This document shows, one piece after another, positions 38,324-51,526 of a stretch of DNA of 64,000 nucleotides (position 1 is the first letter of the stretch; each line of letters starts with the position of its first letter). A model generated the notes under the pieces. The model was not told the DNA's origin. It ran no database searches and worked only from the letters and a program-made list of their open reading frames with translations. The stretch is from Phoronis australis (Eukaryota; Animalia; Phoronida). Both the position numbers and the translations under genes were made by a program. Location of the stretch: contig NMRA01000212.1 of the NCBI GenBank assembly GCA_002633005.1, positions 47,272-111,271 on the forward strand, read 5' to 3'.

Positions 38324-38789
38324 GCCACCCGTTCTAAACGCCGTAACACCATTCAAGAGTCTATTAAATGTAAGCCTTTACATGCTTGCAGCTCACTGTA
38401 ATATATTTACTACAATACATTATACACTGCAACACTCTTCAACAAGCACAGAATGAGACGGCCTTTTCTTTGAGCAACGAGAACATGTGTGAGGTCGCAA
38501 GACCTAAGAGTTCTGGGATAGCGGTACTTTCATCTGAGGTTGTTACTTTGTAAATTCGGCCCAAAATACAGATGGCCGCTAGTCTGGAAGCTGAATATAA
38601 GCCAAAATCTTGGAAACAAGAGTAAACATCGACTTGATCCTGGAGAGCACTGCAACACGCATGTAGGACTCATTGAAGGGTGTTACGGTGTATAATGTAT
38701 TGTAGTAATATGTTACAGTGAGTTACAAGCATGTAACGGCTTGCATTTAATGGTATCTTGAATGCTGTTACGGCGTTTGGAACGGGTGC
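38324..38789. mobile_element. Mutator-like MITE (long TIRs, 9-bp TSD)
   Basis: ~110-bp imperfect inverted arms; flanking direct repeat GATAAAATC (38315-38323 and 38790-38798). Confidence 0.75.
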
Positions 38790-39617
38790 GATAAAATCAT
38801 GGTGATACCGTTACTGACTGACGTAGACTTTCGCAATTCCAATCCCGAAAAAATTCCATCGCGTCAGCATGTACTAAATAAGTGAAGATTGGCTTCTTGG
38901 CGCCATCTGGGTCTGTATATTCATTGTACTGAATATTTCATAAAAGACATTTAAAAAGTGAAGATTTGCCGGAATAGAAGANCACCATTCAAGAGTCTAT
39001 TAAATGCAAGCCTTTACATGCTTGCAGCTGACTGTAATATATTTACTACAATACATTATACACTGAAACACTCTTCAACAAGCACAGAATGAGACTGCCT
39101 TTTCTTTGAGCAACGAGAACATGTGTGAGGTCGCAAGACCTAAGAGTTCTGGGATAGCGGTACTTTCATCTGAGGTTGTTACTTTGTAAATTCGGCCCAA
39201 AATACAGATGGCCGCTAGTCTCGAAGCTGAATATAAGCCAAAATCTTGGAAACAAGAGTAAACATCGACTTGATCCTGGAGAGCACTGCAACACGCATGT
39301 AGGACTCATTGAAGGGTGTTACGGTGTATAATGTATTGTAGTAATATGTTACAGTGAGTTACAAGCATGTAACGGCTTGCATTTAATGGTATCTTGAATG
39401 CTGTTACGGCGTTTGGAACGGGTGCGATAAAATCATGGTGATACCGTTACTGACTGACGTAGACTTTCGCAATTCCAATCCCGAAAAAATTCCATCGCGT
39501 CAGCATGTACTAAATAAGTGAAGATTGGCTTCTTGGCGCCATCTGGGTCTGTATATTCATTGTACTGAATATTTCATAAAAGACATTTAAAAAGTGAAGA
39601 TTTGCCGGAATAGAAGA
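38347..39617. other. 635-bp near-identical tandem duplicate split by a single N (probable assembly artefact)
   Basis: 38347-38981 vs 38983-39617, ~5 substitutions by eye. Confidence 0.85.
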
Positions 39618-39814
39618 TACAGTTGCCGGATACAGTAAAAATTAAACTGGTTCCGGAGCGGATATTCTTTTTTCAACCGTAAAATTGAAAACGCGGCATT
39701 GATTACCTTGCTTCCATTGGTAAAAGTGAGCACCTTCGACGACGATGTTGCTTCAACGATTCTAAAGGTGCTTGCGACAAGTAACACCTAAATCACCTGC
39801 GGGTTGTGCTGTAA

Positions 39815-40637
39815 TGTCATTTATACCACAACATCAGCCTCAAATGGCCAATACAACCGTTTAATAACCCCTTTAGTTATCTAAAGGCGTTAAATAAATA
39901 ACATTTTGGCGGGAAATCGAGGCCGGTTTCGAACCCGGTCCGCAAGAGTTTCGGGTGGTCGAGGTTACTCCGACCAGTGAAACATTCAGCGGCTAACGTC
40001 ATCGAACGTGAAAATATGATACTTCAATGAGCACGCGCAACAATCGCATGTTTAACAAACGGCATTGTACCTACATTTATACGCTATGAAAAACAAGACG
40101 GAAAATTTCAATAAAAACGGCATCTTTAATTCAGTAAAATTTATCTGTCATTTTCTTTCACTTGTAAATCATCAATCTCCAGTTTGAATGCGAGTAACGT
40201 GTGGTCGGGATGCTTTGACTTGGACATTAAACTCAGTAACCAGTGGTAACCTACTTTAGCAGACGATATTTTCACGGTGGAAGCTTAGCATGATACTATG
40301 TATAGTAAGCTAAAGTAGTTGTTTAAAATAAAAAATTATTTTACAGATTCACTTTAGTTCTATTTTGTTTCAATTTTTATTTGGTTTTAAATAAAAACAT
40401 CATCTTAACCAGAAAAACTCGGCGTTTCTTGAAAGGTCACGACCTCCGACCTCAGGCCTTTGACATAGAAAGTAGTTACAAAAGTCGAGGCGAGGCGATT
40501 CATTGCAATGTTTCTCGTTCAGTATGTGGTTTAAATAGATTATTACATGTTGTCAGTCGTTAACCTCCTTATCTGGAGCCCTCGGATTATAATTCTCCAA
40601 AATCCATTCGAGCTCTAGATTAAGGGCGATAATTACT
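39815..40637. mobile_element. Interspersed repeat family B (tRNA-like segment plus terminal fold-back)
   Basis: Colinear with 29026-29268 and 30397-31040; contains a minus-strand B-box GGTTCGAAACC and a TAGATTATTACATG...CATGTAATAATCT inverted end. Confidence 0.7.
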
Positions 40638-42099
40638 TCACCATGTAATAATCTTTATGTGTTATGAGGCAAGTACAAAAATAATAAAAAAATAAGACTC
40701 TACAAGATGGGCATACGCTGAAACGCCCTGATGGTGACAGTATAAGAATATTGACGTGGCCTTTTGCCTTCGAAAAATATTCATAATCAATAGAGTAATT
40801 GTTATTTTCTATAAATATATTGGAAGGTACGAAGATTTAAAACCAAATTCAGCTTTTTCGGTAGAAACAAATTTGTTGGGTGCTATTGGGACGGCTTTTT
40901 ACTTCGAAGCGCCTTTCCTACGAAAGGCCGTTAGTTTGAAGTTTGTGATAAAACAAAAGCAATGCGGTGTGTTGATATGCTCCCAAGAATTAATGTACCG
41001 CAAACCGTATGCTTCTAGGGGTATTTAGTATCATAATAAAATGGCCATTAGGTGACGCAGAATACTTCGAACGTTTCCGAAAATGGACCAGTCCGCTAAA
41101 CCTACATGTACTTCATTGCTAGTTACTCGATCTATGTCATTGTTCAGACGAAGCTCTCATAGTTTCAGGCAACGGTAACTAAAAGTCAATTCTTCCTTAT
41201 TCAAGGGATTATTTCTAAATGAGTAAGGAACAAGACGAGATAAATTTTATAAGAAAGAGGTCTAAATCAAAACTTATTATATGAACAGAAAGCGTGGGTT
41301 TTATGGCGCTTTAAACTCAAAGGGACATTTCACCACTACCTACATGTCAACGTTAAATTTTTTATCGAAGTGTGTTGCGATTTTAAAACAATATTACGCT
41401 CATCCGATTTTGAATTGCCGGCTGCTCAGTCACAGGCAACACGCACATACACAATTTTGAATTTGCAATATTAGGGTCTCTGAAGCATTTTCTAGGGTCA
41501 CTGATGTATTCGATGACCTTACTGGTAAAGAAATATTATGAGAATGATTTTACGAGCGTAAAATGCCATAAGTCGATTTTCAATTTTTAGCCAGTCAGTG
41601 TAAAATGCGCTACGCATACTGCGACAAATGCATTCTTATTTTTCTGTGCATAAAATTCAATAAGCCACTGGAGCATTGCACATTAAACAATGTAGAAACT
41701 GATAAACCGCTTTAAAAAAATTCGGTAAAAATATTCATTACAGACACTAGCTTTCGAAGATTGAGTTCAGAAGTGATCTCAGTGTGGACTCGGGATGACC
41801 TGGCTGAGTGTTAGTGCTTCACACAAAGCTCATTAAATTTCAGGTTATGCCATAAAAGAGCAGCAAAAACCATTGTGAGACATGATCTTCCCAGCAGTAA
41901 ACATATGTACCAGTTTTCATAACGATGCTTAGAACGAGTTGGCCAATTGAGGTCGACGCTAACAAACTATAACAAGAGCAACGCGGAGCGTTGAAATGCG
42001 CCCACGAATGCATTGCAAATGGTGTGCTTCTAGGGTAGTTTATTTGTATCATAAAAATGGAAACTAGATTGCGCAAAAACATACAATCCATCCAAAAAC

Positions 42100-42970
42100 A
42101 GGAACATGCCATATTTCATAAAAATCTGTCAAGAAACTTCAGAGAAACAAAGGAAAACGGAATAATATGAAATTGCCACTAGTGGGCACAGCATTGGTCA
42201 AGTCTGTCCTAAAGTCGTCGTCATCCGTAGTCGACATCACATAAATACACTCCCTAAGTTAAGTAAAGTTCCTGTGAACGGTTTAGGAGATACAGCCAAG
42301 AGCGCAACAAAAACAAAACTGCCACTAGGAGGTGCCACAGTAGTCGAAATCGTCGGAAAATCATCGTCAACCGTCCTTATTATAGTAAGCACATACATGC
42401 CAATTTTCACAATCATCCTTTGAACGGTTTGGTTAATAGAGGGGTGGACGCAAAAAACAGACTCGAAAACAGTAAAAATGGCCACTAGGTGGCGCAAACT
42501 ACGTCGAATCCATCCGAAAACGGGAGGATATCGTCATCTCACTAATAGGTGCCTACATATTAATCTGAAATTCCGTTAACGACTTTTGAAGACACCAAAT
42601 TTCATGAACGTATTTCAAAGGGTTTTGGATAGAGCAGCGGACGCCGGACGCCGCCTAGGCGGACGGACGGACGGACGGAGATGACGGCATAATGCGTCCA
42701 CATATACATGTATGCATACGTGGGCGCATAAAAATGGCCACTAGATCGCGCGCGGAATCCATCTGAAAACAAGAAAGTGGCGTCGTTTCCCTGATAAATG
42801 CCTATTTTCCAAACTTCATGAGATCAGTTAAGGAACTCCAAAAACTAAAATTGTCACTACGGGGCAGCCAGGTAGTCGGATCCGTTCGTAAATTGCTCAT
42901 GCCCATTCATGATTGGGACGTGTTATCCAAATTTCAGTAACATCCCATGGAGGTTGTGGAGATACAGCAG
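42100..42970. repeat. Repeat with AAAATGGCCACTAG subunits and a GGAC microsatellite; related copy at ~330-740
   Basis: Recurrent AA(A/T)TG(G)CCACTAG..G..GC.AC and AA.TTTCATGAA motifs. Confidence 0.5.
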
Positions 42971-43561
42971 AGATGGCGGACCACCAACACAACGGCATCA
43001 TATATAAAAACATGTCAGTACTGACAGCATGTGTTCTTTTATTTTTACTTTATTTTGTATCATTTAATATCACTTTAACTTTGAAATTTTCCATGAGCAT
43101 TTTGTTATTTTCAGACATTAAAGTTTTCACGGAGAGAATTTGAAAAATACCCATCATAATCATTATATGGCCGCTGGCCAAAGCTTGTAAATTTCACCTT
43201 GTTTTCGGTTTGGTAACAATTGCAAATAATTAAAATGTGAAATTATGTACATTCACGTTAACGTACCCTCTTCCATCCAAAATTTATTGGAACTGGTCTG
43301 AGTTGCGTAACGGGCTTCGAAAGTTATCAGCTGGATAAGTTTTATTGTTGCTTGACGTTAGGTGCATTGTTCAACAATAACCTCGTGACGCGTGATAATG
43401 CGACGTCATTGTTGCTATAGGCCTGCTGCATATAACTGTTATGCAACTGGGCCCTGGGCCATTGTTAGCCGCTAGCGCCGGAACTATTTCCGTGACAACA
43501 ATAGCGCGCTCACCGTTCTTACGCCACATTCTTTTTTAATCACCAGACTTGAGCAAGAGCA

Positions 43562-43717
43562 GCCTCCCGTTCAGTAGCGCTAGGACCTCGCTAAAAAACA
43601 AGACTTCGCGAGATTACGGAAGACATTGCCGTGTATTTTAAATGGGAACACGTGACTTTGACTACATTTTAGCTAGGTCCGTCCTAGCGTAGGTCCTAGC
43701 GTTACTGAACGCACGCC
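43562..43717 (-). mobile_element. MITE family D copy (reverse)
   Basis: Reverse complement of the 2739 and 28008 copies. Confidence 0.75.
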
Positions 43718-46128
43718 AGACTGGCGTGTAGGTAGTATGTCTTAGGCCTATGTTGAAGTCACGCAGCGACGTAATAAATTATGAAATATGTAAAAATCGC
43801 AAAAATACCTCTATTGCCACAGGTCGTGGGTCGATCGAGGGGGCTGTGGGTTGAGGGGGTCATGGGGTGTGGGGGTCGAGGTTTTAGAGCAATCCGCGGC
43901 CTCACCGCACTAACCATAGCGCCTGATCGCAGCTGATCGTATGCAGGGACAGTAAAAACTATGTAGTTTGCTCAAGGAACGTCACCAATTAGAAACATCG
44001 CCGACGTTAGGCATCAATGTCGATTGATAATGCAATTTCTAACCAAAACAATCGTGTCAGGTAAAGCACCCTTAGAACGACACTGAGCAGCGGCGTAGAT
44101 CTCGGATAGGGCGCTATCGATTCACTCACGGCGAACCAAGTTTCGAAGTATTTGCACCCATGTAAAACGCTATACAACAGCTACGTTTNTCCGTTTTTTT
44201 TTTGTTTTTAGTAGTGAGGTCAATAAACCCAAAAATTCGAGACCCCTGCATCCCTACATTTTACGCTGGGCGCGCGCATGTGGCGAAATTCTGGTTAATT
44301 CCTGTGCCCCCAATTCAAAATCCTGGATCCACCCCTGGTATTATGCTTTTCTGACCCAAATGCGAAAAGTCTCAGGCTATTCTTTTTTGTCATGCTGTGC
44401 GTAAGCCTTTCGCTTCGTAAGATGTGTAACGTCACCCGGGACGCCCCGACATAATCCCGTAATTATCACGAAGCGACTTTTAAGTAGTTTGGTTCTCTGG
44501 TACACGCTCATTCCGCCACGATGTCGCCGTGGGTCCGACGAATCTCCAGTCATTACCAACCTGTCCCGCACTGCACGCATGAACCCTGTACTTAACTTGG
44601 TTTGTTACACCCCCATGTCCTTGTGAATAAGCGTTTGATGTTAGACTGATTAAGTGGTCCCCACCGAGACCGTGCTACCGACTTCGGCGACGCTAGGCTA
44701 TCGTGGCACAGCGACTTGTAGAATATCACATGCAAGTAGAAGTGTCGAGATATGTATTTTAACTTTGTTGTCTCTAATATATGTAATTTTGAAATTCATA
44801 TGCACCCGGCCTTTACCGTAAGGTAAGTTTCCTGTGGCAACGTACTGTACCTCTCTATACTAGTCACAACGATGTCATTTGCGTCGATCAGAACGAGCGC
44901 CACCTAAAAGTTCTTTTTTCGGCGCTAAGTGGGGATCCTGATGGGGTCGTACAATAGTAATTGGCGTAATTAGTTCATGTCAGGAGTAAAGGAAGGGATG
45001 ATATGTTTGTGTTCGTTAATGACACATATATTTAAGATGTTCAAGAGTCATTTGGCCATTATATTACCTTATCCAAGAGTTAGTACTTTTAGCCAAAAAT
45101 CTACAAAACTAGAGATTTTAACTCAGTAAAAGTATATATGTTCTGAAAGTAAAAAGCCTGAAATTTTTTTTTTACTTTTTGTCAATCTTTTGTTATTGGG
45201 CCATGTGAACATGTCTTCTTAAAAAAGAATTAGCAAAAAAGAAAGGTACATTGACAGCAAGACAACAGAATAAATAACATGACAAAATTTAGTTTGATGT
45301 AAGTATTCAAGATGAAATCTCAAAAATCCTGCTACAGAGATCATATTCTATTTTTGATAGCCCCCATGCACAAATAGAACAGTTCAAAAACAAATTCCTA
45401 ACACCGTTTTCATCAGCAGTGCATATAGCATAGTATCTGGAAGTTTCCTAAGAATTCAATCAGCCACTTCTAAGATACGATGTTCGGAAGTCAGTGGAAT
45501 TTGGAGACATTTTTCTAATGTTCTCCAAAACCTTAAATTGTTTACTGTGTATCAAAAGCCAGACTTGTTACAACAGTGTCTCAACCCGTGGTCATGCCAC
45601 TCACAATCTTGAAGCTGATATGATCTTGCCTTCTGCCAGACTTGTCTCAACAGTGTCTCCCCCTGTGGTCATCCAACTCACACTCTTGAAGTTGATATGA
45701 TCTAGCCCTTTTCCAAAAGACACTAACTTTTGGCAATGACCACATTCAAGTACAGCGTATCTCAACATATTCCTTTTATTCAAACTGATGTTTTGAGATT
45801 TGAAACAACTGACAGTTCATTACTGCTTGATGCAGTGCTTGACAAACAAAATGACCAGGCAACTTGCAGAGCCCTCTCTTGAGCATTAACTAGTTGTCAC
45901 TTTTTCCCCAAGTCCAAAAAGACTTCTAGTCTGCACAAGACACAACTTGAAAGCAAGTGATTTAGATTTTTGGGCAGCAGGTTTTACTGTCCCAGTTGCA
46001 GTCCTTTGATATCTCACTTCAATGTTCCAGGCCTCAACTCATCTCACATTCTCAATATTGTAGCCATCTAAGGACATCAGAAGGTGTTAAACCAGGCGCG
46101 GTGCACAATGTAAGAACATCAGAAGGTG

Positions 46129-46192
46129 TTAAACCAAGCGCTCTTCACAATATAACTGAAACAGCAGTTTACTCAGATGAGGACCAATTTTT
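46129..46192 (-). CDS. MUS81: MUS81 last coding exon
   Basis: KIGPHLSKLLFQLYCEERLV*; possible AATAAA on the minus strand near 45775. Confidence 0.9.
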
Positions 46193-47124
46193 CTGAAATT
46201 TAAAGGACAGAATATAAATTGATTTCAATTCTATCACATATTCAGTTTTCATAACACTGTTTGCAGTAGAACTGGTAGTAGGTCTAAAACCTGCCAATAA
46301 TTACAACCCTTATTGACATTCATGCAACGCCAGGAAAGACAATGAGGTGAAAGACATTTACAAAGACGTTTACCATTAAAACAGTCAAACCTCATTACAA
46401 CGCTAACCATCCAAATACTACGTAATGTATGCAAGTATACTTTAGTACTAAAGAACTATCGATGCAGCGGACACATTGTGAAGGTCCCCCATCATGGCTA
46501 TGCAAAAGGATAATTATTCACCAGTAAGGTACTTGTCCCGTGCTGCGACAGGTCCTTAGCCACAAAAGGAACTGCGAGGTCCGCCAGTATCACACTGACG
46601 ATGACAGACTTTGCCCAGATGACCGGATTGAACATTTAAAATACAGAAGAAGAAGAAGGCCTCTTATTAAGATGATTGCATTCTCCTTCATCCCTTAACA
46701 CCACTAACTAAGCGAAAAAATATGCACCCAATGCAATGACTGGTCTGAGAACATTAGCATAAATTATACACACAAAAATTGGATACATCAATTCCTTACA
46801 ACTGCTATTAACTTGCCACCAGCCAAAAAATATTTAGATCACTTACCAAAAGTGGTTCCAACTTGTTCCTTATTCAAGTTACGAGTACTTTAGGCCACAC
46901 TCAGCCTTAGCCATGACCTGCCATATCAACTTAGTTTATTAATCTTGGTTTAACGATACATTTAACTGCCACTTCTTCCCAACTCCAGAAATCATTTCCC
47001 AACTGTGTAAGGAAAGTTTTGAGACCAGCTTTATAATGGTGCATGGCCTCAAGTCCCTTTTTTGACTAAAGGCAAGTTCACAGCAGCCTTAAAGTACAAT
47101 ATATATATCACAAAGAACTCAAAC

Positions 47125-47208
47125 CTTTTATTCTGTCCATATTTCAGATGTTCAATCAACCTCTTCTTGTCTTCTGAAGTAATGCAACTGTCAAAAGCTC
47201 TGAAGAGG
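47125..47208 (-). CDS. MUS81: MUS81 exon
   Basis: LFRAFDSCITSEDKKRLIEHLKYGQNKR. Confidence 0.9.
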
Positions 47209-47527
47209 CTTAAACGATAGAAGAAGTCCTTGAAACAAAATTGTTGTTCAGCAACCCTCATCAACCTTCAAAAGTTTGTGAACTACTTTGCAAAAATTTG
47301 GCACCAATACTAACAGTTACGTACTTCAAACAGTGGCTTATTTTGTTGCTTAAATCATTCAATCCGAGATGTCAGTATCTTCAATTACTCTTCATCTTGG
47401 TGTATCACAATTTTCAATACTTTGTCACAGCATCCCTCGCCAAAGTTCCAAAAATTTGCAAACTAATACAAAGTTTGGCACCAATGCTAACAATTAACCC
47501 AAGACGCTAACATGTTTAATTACTCAC

Positions 47528-47631
47528 GATCTTGGCGTGTCATACATCTCTAAGATTTTCAATACTTTATCACTGGACAGTCCTCCAAGTTGCAATAGTT
47601 GTTTCCCAAACAGCTCCTGCACAGTCATGGC
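47528..47631 (-). CDS. MUS81: MUS81 exon (C-terminal HhH)
   Basis: AMTVQELFGKQLLQLGGLSSDKVLKILEMYDTPRS. Confidence 0.92.
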
Positions 47632-48389
47632 CTGAAAACAGAATGTATTTCACTATGAGCACATTAAAATTAAGTCCTCTGTTTACTCTGAGCAAAGGAC
47701 TGTACAGTAAGTGTGCCACTCAAAATACTTCATTTGATATCTCCCAAAAGATTTGTTCAACCCAATCAGTGGCAGCCATTTTGCCAGTAATAATAATAAT
47801 AATTTTGCTAATAAGGTCTCGAGATTACTTAAGAAACTTTCACCTTTCACTTGTTGAGAGATTTTAAATTTCCTGACAAACTCGTGAGAAAGTTGCAAAA
47901 CAGAAAGGATGCATGGCAAGTCTTTTTGTCTACATGACTTGCAACTAAACTTTACCTTATGTCAACCTTTGGATCAGAGTCATTTTTTGACAAAAAGTGC
48001 AATGCTGTATTTATTCATAATTGGTCAACTTGCTCTGACAGTGTAGATAATACACAAAACCGAAATTAAAACTACGACAACTTCCCCCACCCCCAATTTC
48101 GTTGACGTTAAATTGTGCCATGCTGGAAACAAAGTGTGTAAAATCTAGTGTTGGTTTCCCATTGATAAACTGTAAGAAAATGTGCACGTATATTTTATCA
48201 GAATTGATAAATTGCAGGAGGTGAAGTATCTTATCAAGTGTTGCATGCCACAATACTGCAGTACTAGATAAAACACACAACTATTCAAATATCAACACTG
48301 ATATTGAGCCAGTCCTGTCTACAGATTGAAAAGACATGTTTTCATTTATTTAATAAAGAAGAATTTGTTGGATGAAGTCAGAAAGTTAC

Positions 48390-48506
48390 CTTAGACTTGA
48401 CAGCAGCCTGATTGAACTCCTTGAAAGTGAGCAACTGGCTCTCATTGAAGAACTCTTGAGTATTTGCTTTCATGTCTCCATAGCTACACGCCCGAAGTGT
48501 TTTGTT
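48390..48506 (-). CDS. MUS81: MUS81 exon
   Basis: NKTLRACS...LLTFKEFNQAAVKSK. Confidence 0.9.
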
Positions 48507-49619
48507 CTAGAAAGATTAATCAAACTACTTGCAATACACCAAACTGAACAAAAACATGGCGGCCAGGTTGTGTGTCCCCATTAAATATTAATATCACTAC
48601 CAGGGTGGAACTGTTGTACACTTGGGGTCCGATACATGAAAAGTGACTTTCAAGTATTAAAATACTTAAGACAGAAATTTGATCTTGTGCTTCCACTTCA
48701 CAAAAAGTTTCAGCCAAGTAATTATGAGCGCATCATGGTCCAGTGATAATTTGTACGTTTCAGCAACAAGCAGTTACGTGTACGTTCTCAGAGACTGCAT
48801 TTTTGCTCATACTTTTTAAAAGTTGTGTGGAGCATAAGACTAAGTTTGTGACTTAAGTCTTATGTCACATTTTATGAAACGGACTCCTAAGTCCCAAGGT
48901 TCAATTGCCAGACTCAACCTCAGATTTCACATAATCGTTAACATAGACGAGTTTCTAGTACCAAACCTGCTTCTGATGGCCCCTAGGTTCGAATGACAAA
49001 CTAGAGTTCAAACTCCAGATTTAGAGTTCAGATTCAAAAATATAACTGTAAATTAATGAATGTTAATGGTCATAAAGAGCCAGCAAGGGTAAGATATTCA
49101 TCCACATAAAATACAAAATATTTCAGGATGGAATAATAGACACTTATTGTAAGTTTGTACTTAAGTAAAACTGACAGAAAATATCAAAAATAACTTGAGA
49201 GTTCAAATTCGAGTTCGTACATTAGACCACAAGCTCTTCTCAATTAGTGGGAGAGGTGTGCAAACTGAGTCTTAAAATTGCGATGAACAGAAGGCATACG
49301 CCATGCTGACAACACGGAGGAATGAAATGGCACAGCAACATGTGTACAACGTAGAGATGATGAAACTTTACTGAAGACTCGACTCGAACATTGACCAATC
49401 ATAAAGCACCAAATTTGAACGTTTACTCAAAGTAGTCAAATCTTGAGTAAAGTTTGGAGCTCTTCTAAAACTGAAAAAGTGGACAAAAGGGCAGCTGTTA
49501 CGCAGATATCAGTTTGAAAACAAAAAGATAATGCAGATATTCTGACAACAACAAAAAACAAAAGAAATTCAGATAATCTCATTGATGAAGCAAGAAAGAC
49601 TAAAAAATATTTCACTTAC

Positions 49620-49715
49620 CTTATAGATACTTTGTAAATAGCGTGTCATTAGAGTTAAATAGGCGACAGACTCTTTCATGTCTTTCGTTCGTTTAACAAA
49701 GAACCCATCTATAAC
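49620..49715 (-). CDS. MUS81: MUS81 exon
   Basis: [32 protein letters not shown]. Confidence 0.94.
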
Positions 49716-50590
49716 CTGAAATTTTTCATAATGCTGTTTATAAAACAGGTAAACAGAGGTAGACAGAATTACAATATTCAGAATTACAATATTCAGTCGG
49801 TAACAACTATGTTGGATTGAACATTCACCCACTAACTTCTATTTAAACTTTTAATTTTTAAAGACCCAAGCATAGTTAAAACTCCACCTTAATTAATTAA
49901 TAAATTAATTAATACAGAGGGGACCCGGGACACTAAGGTCCATAAAGCATCACTTAACCCATGTATTTCACTTGCCAGTAATACAAAGAAGGTCACTGTC
50001 ATCGTTCCGAGGACTTTTTAATGAACTCTTGACCATGAAATGAATTACACCCAGAACAAAAAAATCAGATAAAATACTGTTTCCCGTCATGACAGCTGAA
50101 AATTTAGTTAACATCAAAACTTACTGGTAATAGCTATTATGGCAGAAAAAATCTAATTACAGAATTGCTTAATACACCTCACCAACTGTTCTGTTAACTC
50201 CCCTTCATTCTCCGTCATTAGGGAGAACTACTCTGATGGTGAACTCAGCTTCCATCCAGCTGTCATAACAGGTTATTTTGTCCAAATATTTTTGACTTGT
50301 ACCATAAATGCTCACCTCTGGTCATTACGCTAAATTACCAATCTGGACAAAGACTCCCTCACCCTTCGGCCTGCGCCTTAACCCGGATGAATGCAATCAA
50401 CAAGACCATTCATTCAAACTGCATTACTTTAAAATTCATGTTGCCCAAGGCCTCTCTAATGTTTATGAAACTTGACTCAAAATTTTTATACAGAATTTGT
50501 TGACATCTTAAGGCGACGTACAATGTCAACTACAACAAAATCTTGAAAAAGCAATGTTATGTAATCATTCAGACAATCGTGTTAATATAC

Positions 50591-50707
50591 CTGAGTATTT
50601 GCAATACACTGCTCTAATGCATCTTCCTTAATGCTAAGGTTTTTTGATGATCTGTACTCCTCAATAAGATATATGGTGTTCCTCAGTCCACAGTTCCTCA
50701 AACGAAA
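50591..50707 (-). CDS. MUS81: MUS81 exon
   Basis: FRLRNCGLRNTIYLIEE...ALEQCIANTQ. Confidence 0.93.
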
Positions 50708-50837
50708 CTGAAATATCAAGACCACACATAGATAAAATAAAGTAAAACTACTTGAATACAGAGCTCTACAAATTCAACAGCAAAAGCTCTGCTGTTGCTG
50801 ATTGTGTGGAATGAACAATGACATGCACTGGTTGATT

Positions 50838-51095
50838 TGGTAATGTTGGGGTGGTCCTTTATGACTCGGCTGAAACTCATTTTATGGTCAACAAAAGCTA
50901 CAGTCTGACCTGAAGTTGGGAGTGCCTGCAGTTGACTCAGGCCTAACCATAGTGAGCTAAGTAACGTTGGGGTGGTCCTAAAGATGCTTCTTTATGACTT
51001 GGTTGAAAGTCGTATTTTGGTCATTGTAAGCTACAGTCTGACCTGAAATTGGTGTGGCTGTAGTTAACTGAGGCCTGTCCATAGTGAGCTAAGTG
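50838..51095. repeat. ~125-bp tandem duplication
   Basis: GTTGGGGTGGTCCT...AAGCTACAGTCTGACCTGAA...CCATAGTGAGCTAAGT occurs twice. Confidence 0.8.
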
Positions 51096-51413
51096 AAGCT
51101 TGTTTCACGGCTAAGTGAAAGAATGTTTCTCTCAGAATGCAACTTTCCTAATCACAAGACATAAAAAAAGAAGTTGTCTCACGGTATAGTTCATCATATT
51201 ACATCAAAAGTAGGTTTAGCAATGTTTTCAATATTGAACAGAGAACTTCACATATCCATTTACCAGACTGCCTGGCATACCACAGTACGCAAGGCATAGA
51301 AACATGCACACAACCATGAATCTGCACACATGAGTGTGCATACAAAATGAGTGTGCACACAAGCACGAGTGTGATAGTCACTGTACTTAGCTTTTGAAGC
51401 AGAAACTTCTTAC

Positions 51414-51526
51414 CTTCTGTTCTTTAAACCTCCCATCCACAACACTAGTAGCCAAGTCATCCATTCGTTTCCGCTCAATAATGTAGTCTAGCACAATCTC
51501 ACGAGCAGTTGGCAGAGCTAGTTGAC
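51414..51526 (-). CDS. MUS81: MUS81 exon (ERKxxxD catalytic motif)
   Basis: [30 protein letters not shown]. Confidence 0.96.

Noticed and set aside
38347-39617. 635-bp tandem duplication
   Set aside because: The copies are separated by a single N and differ by only ~5 bases, the typical signature of an unmerged allelic contig overlap.
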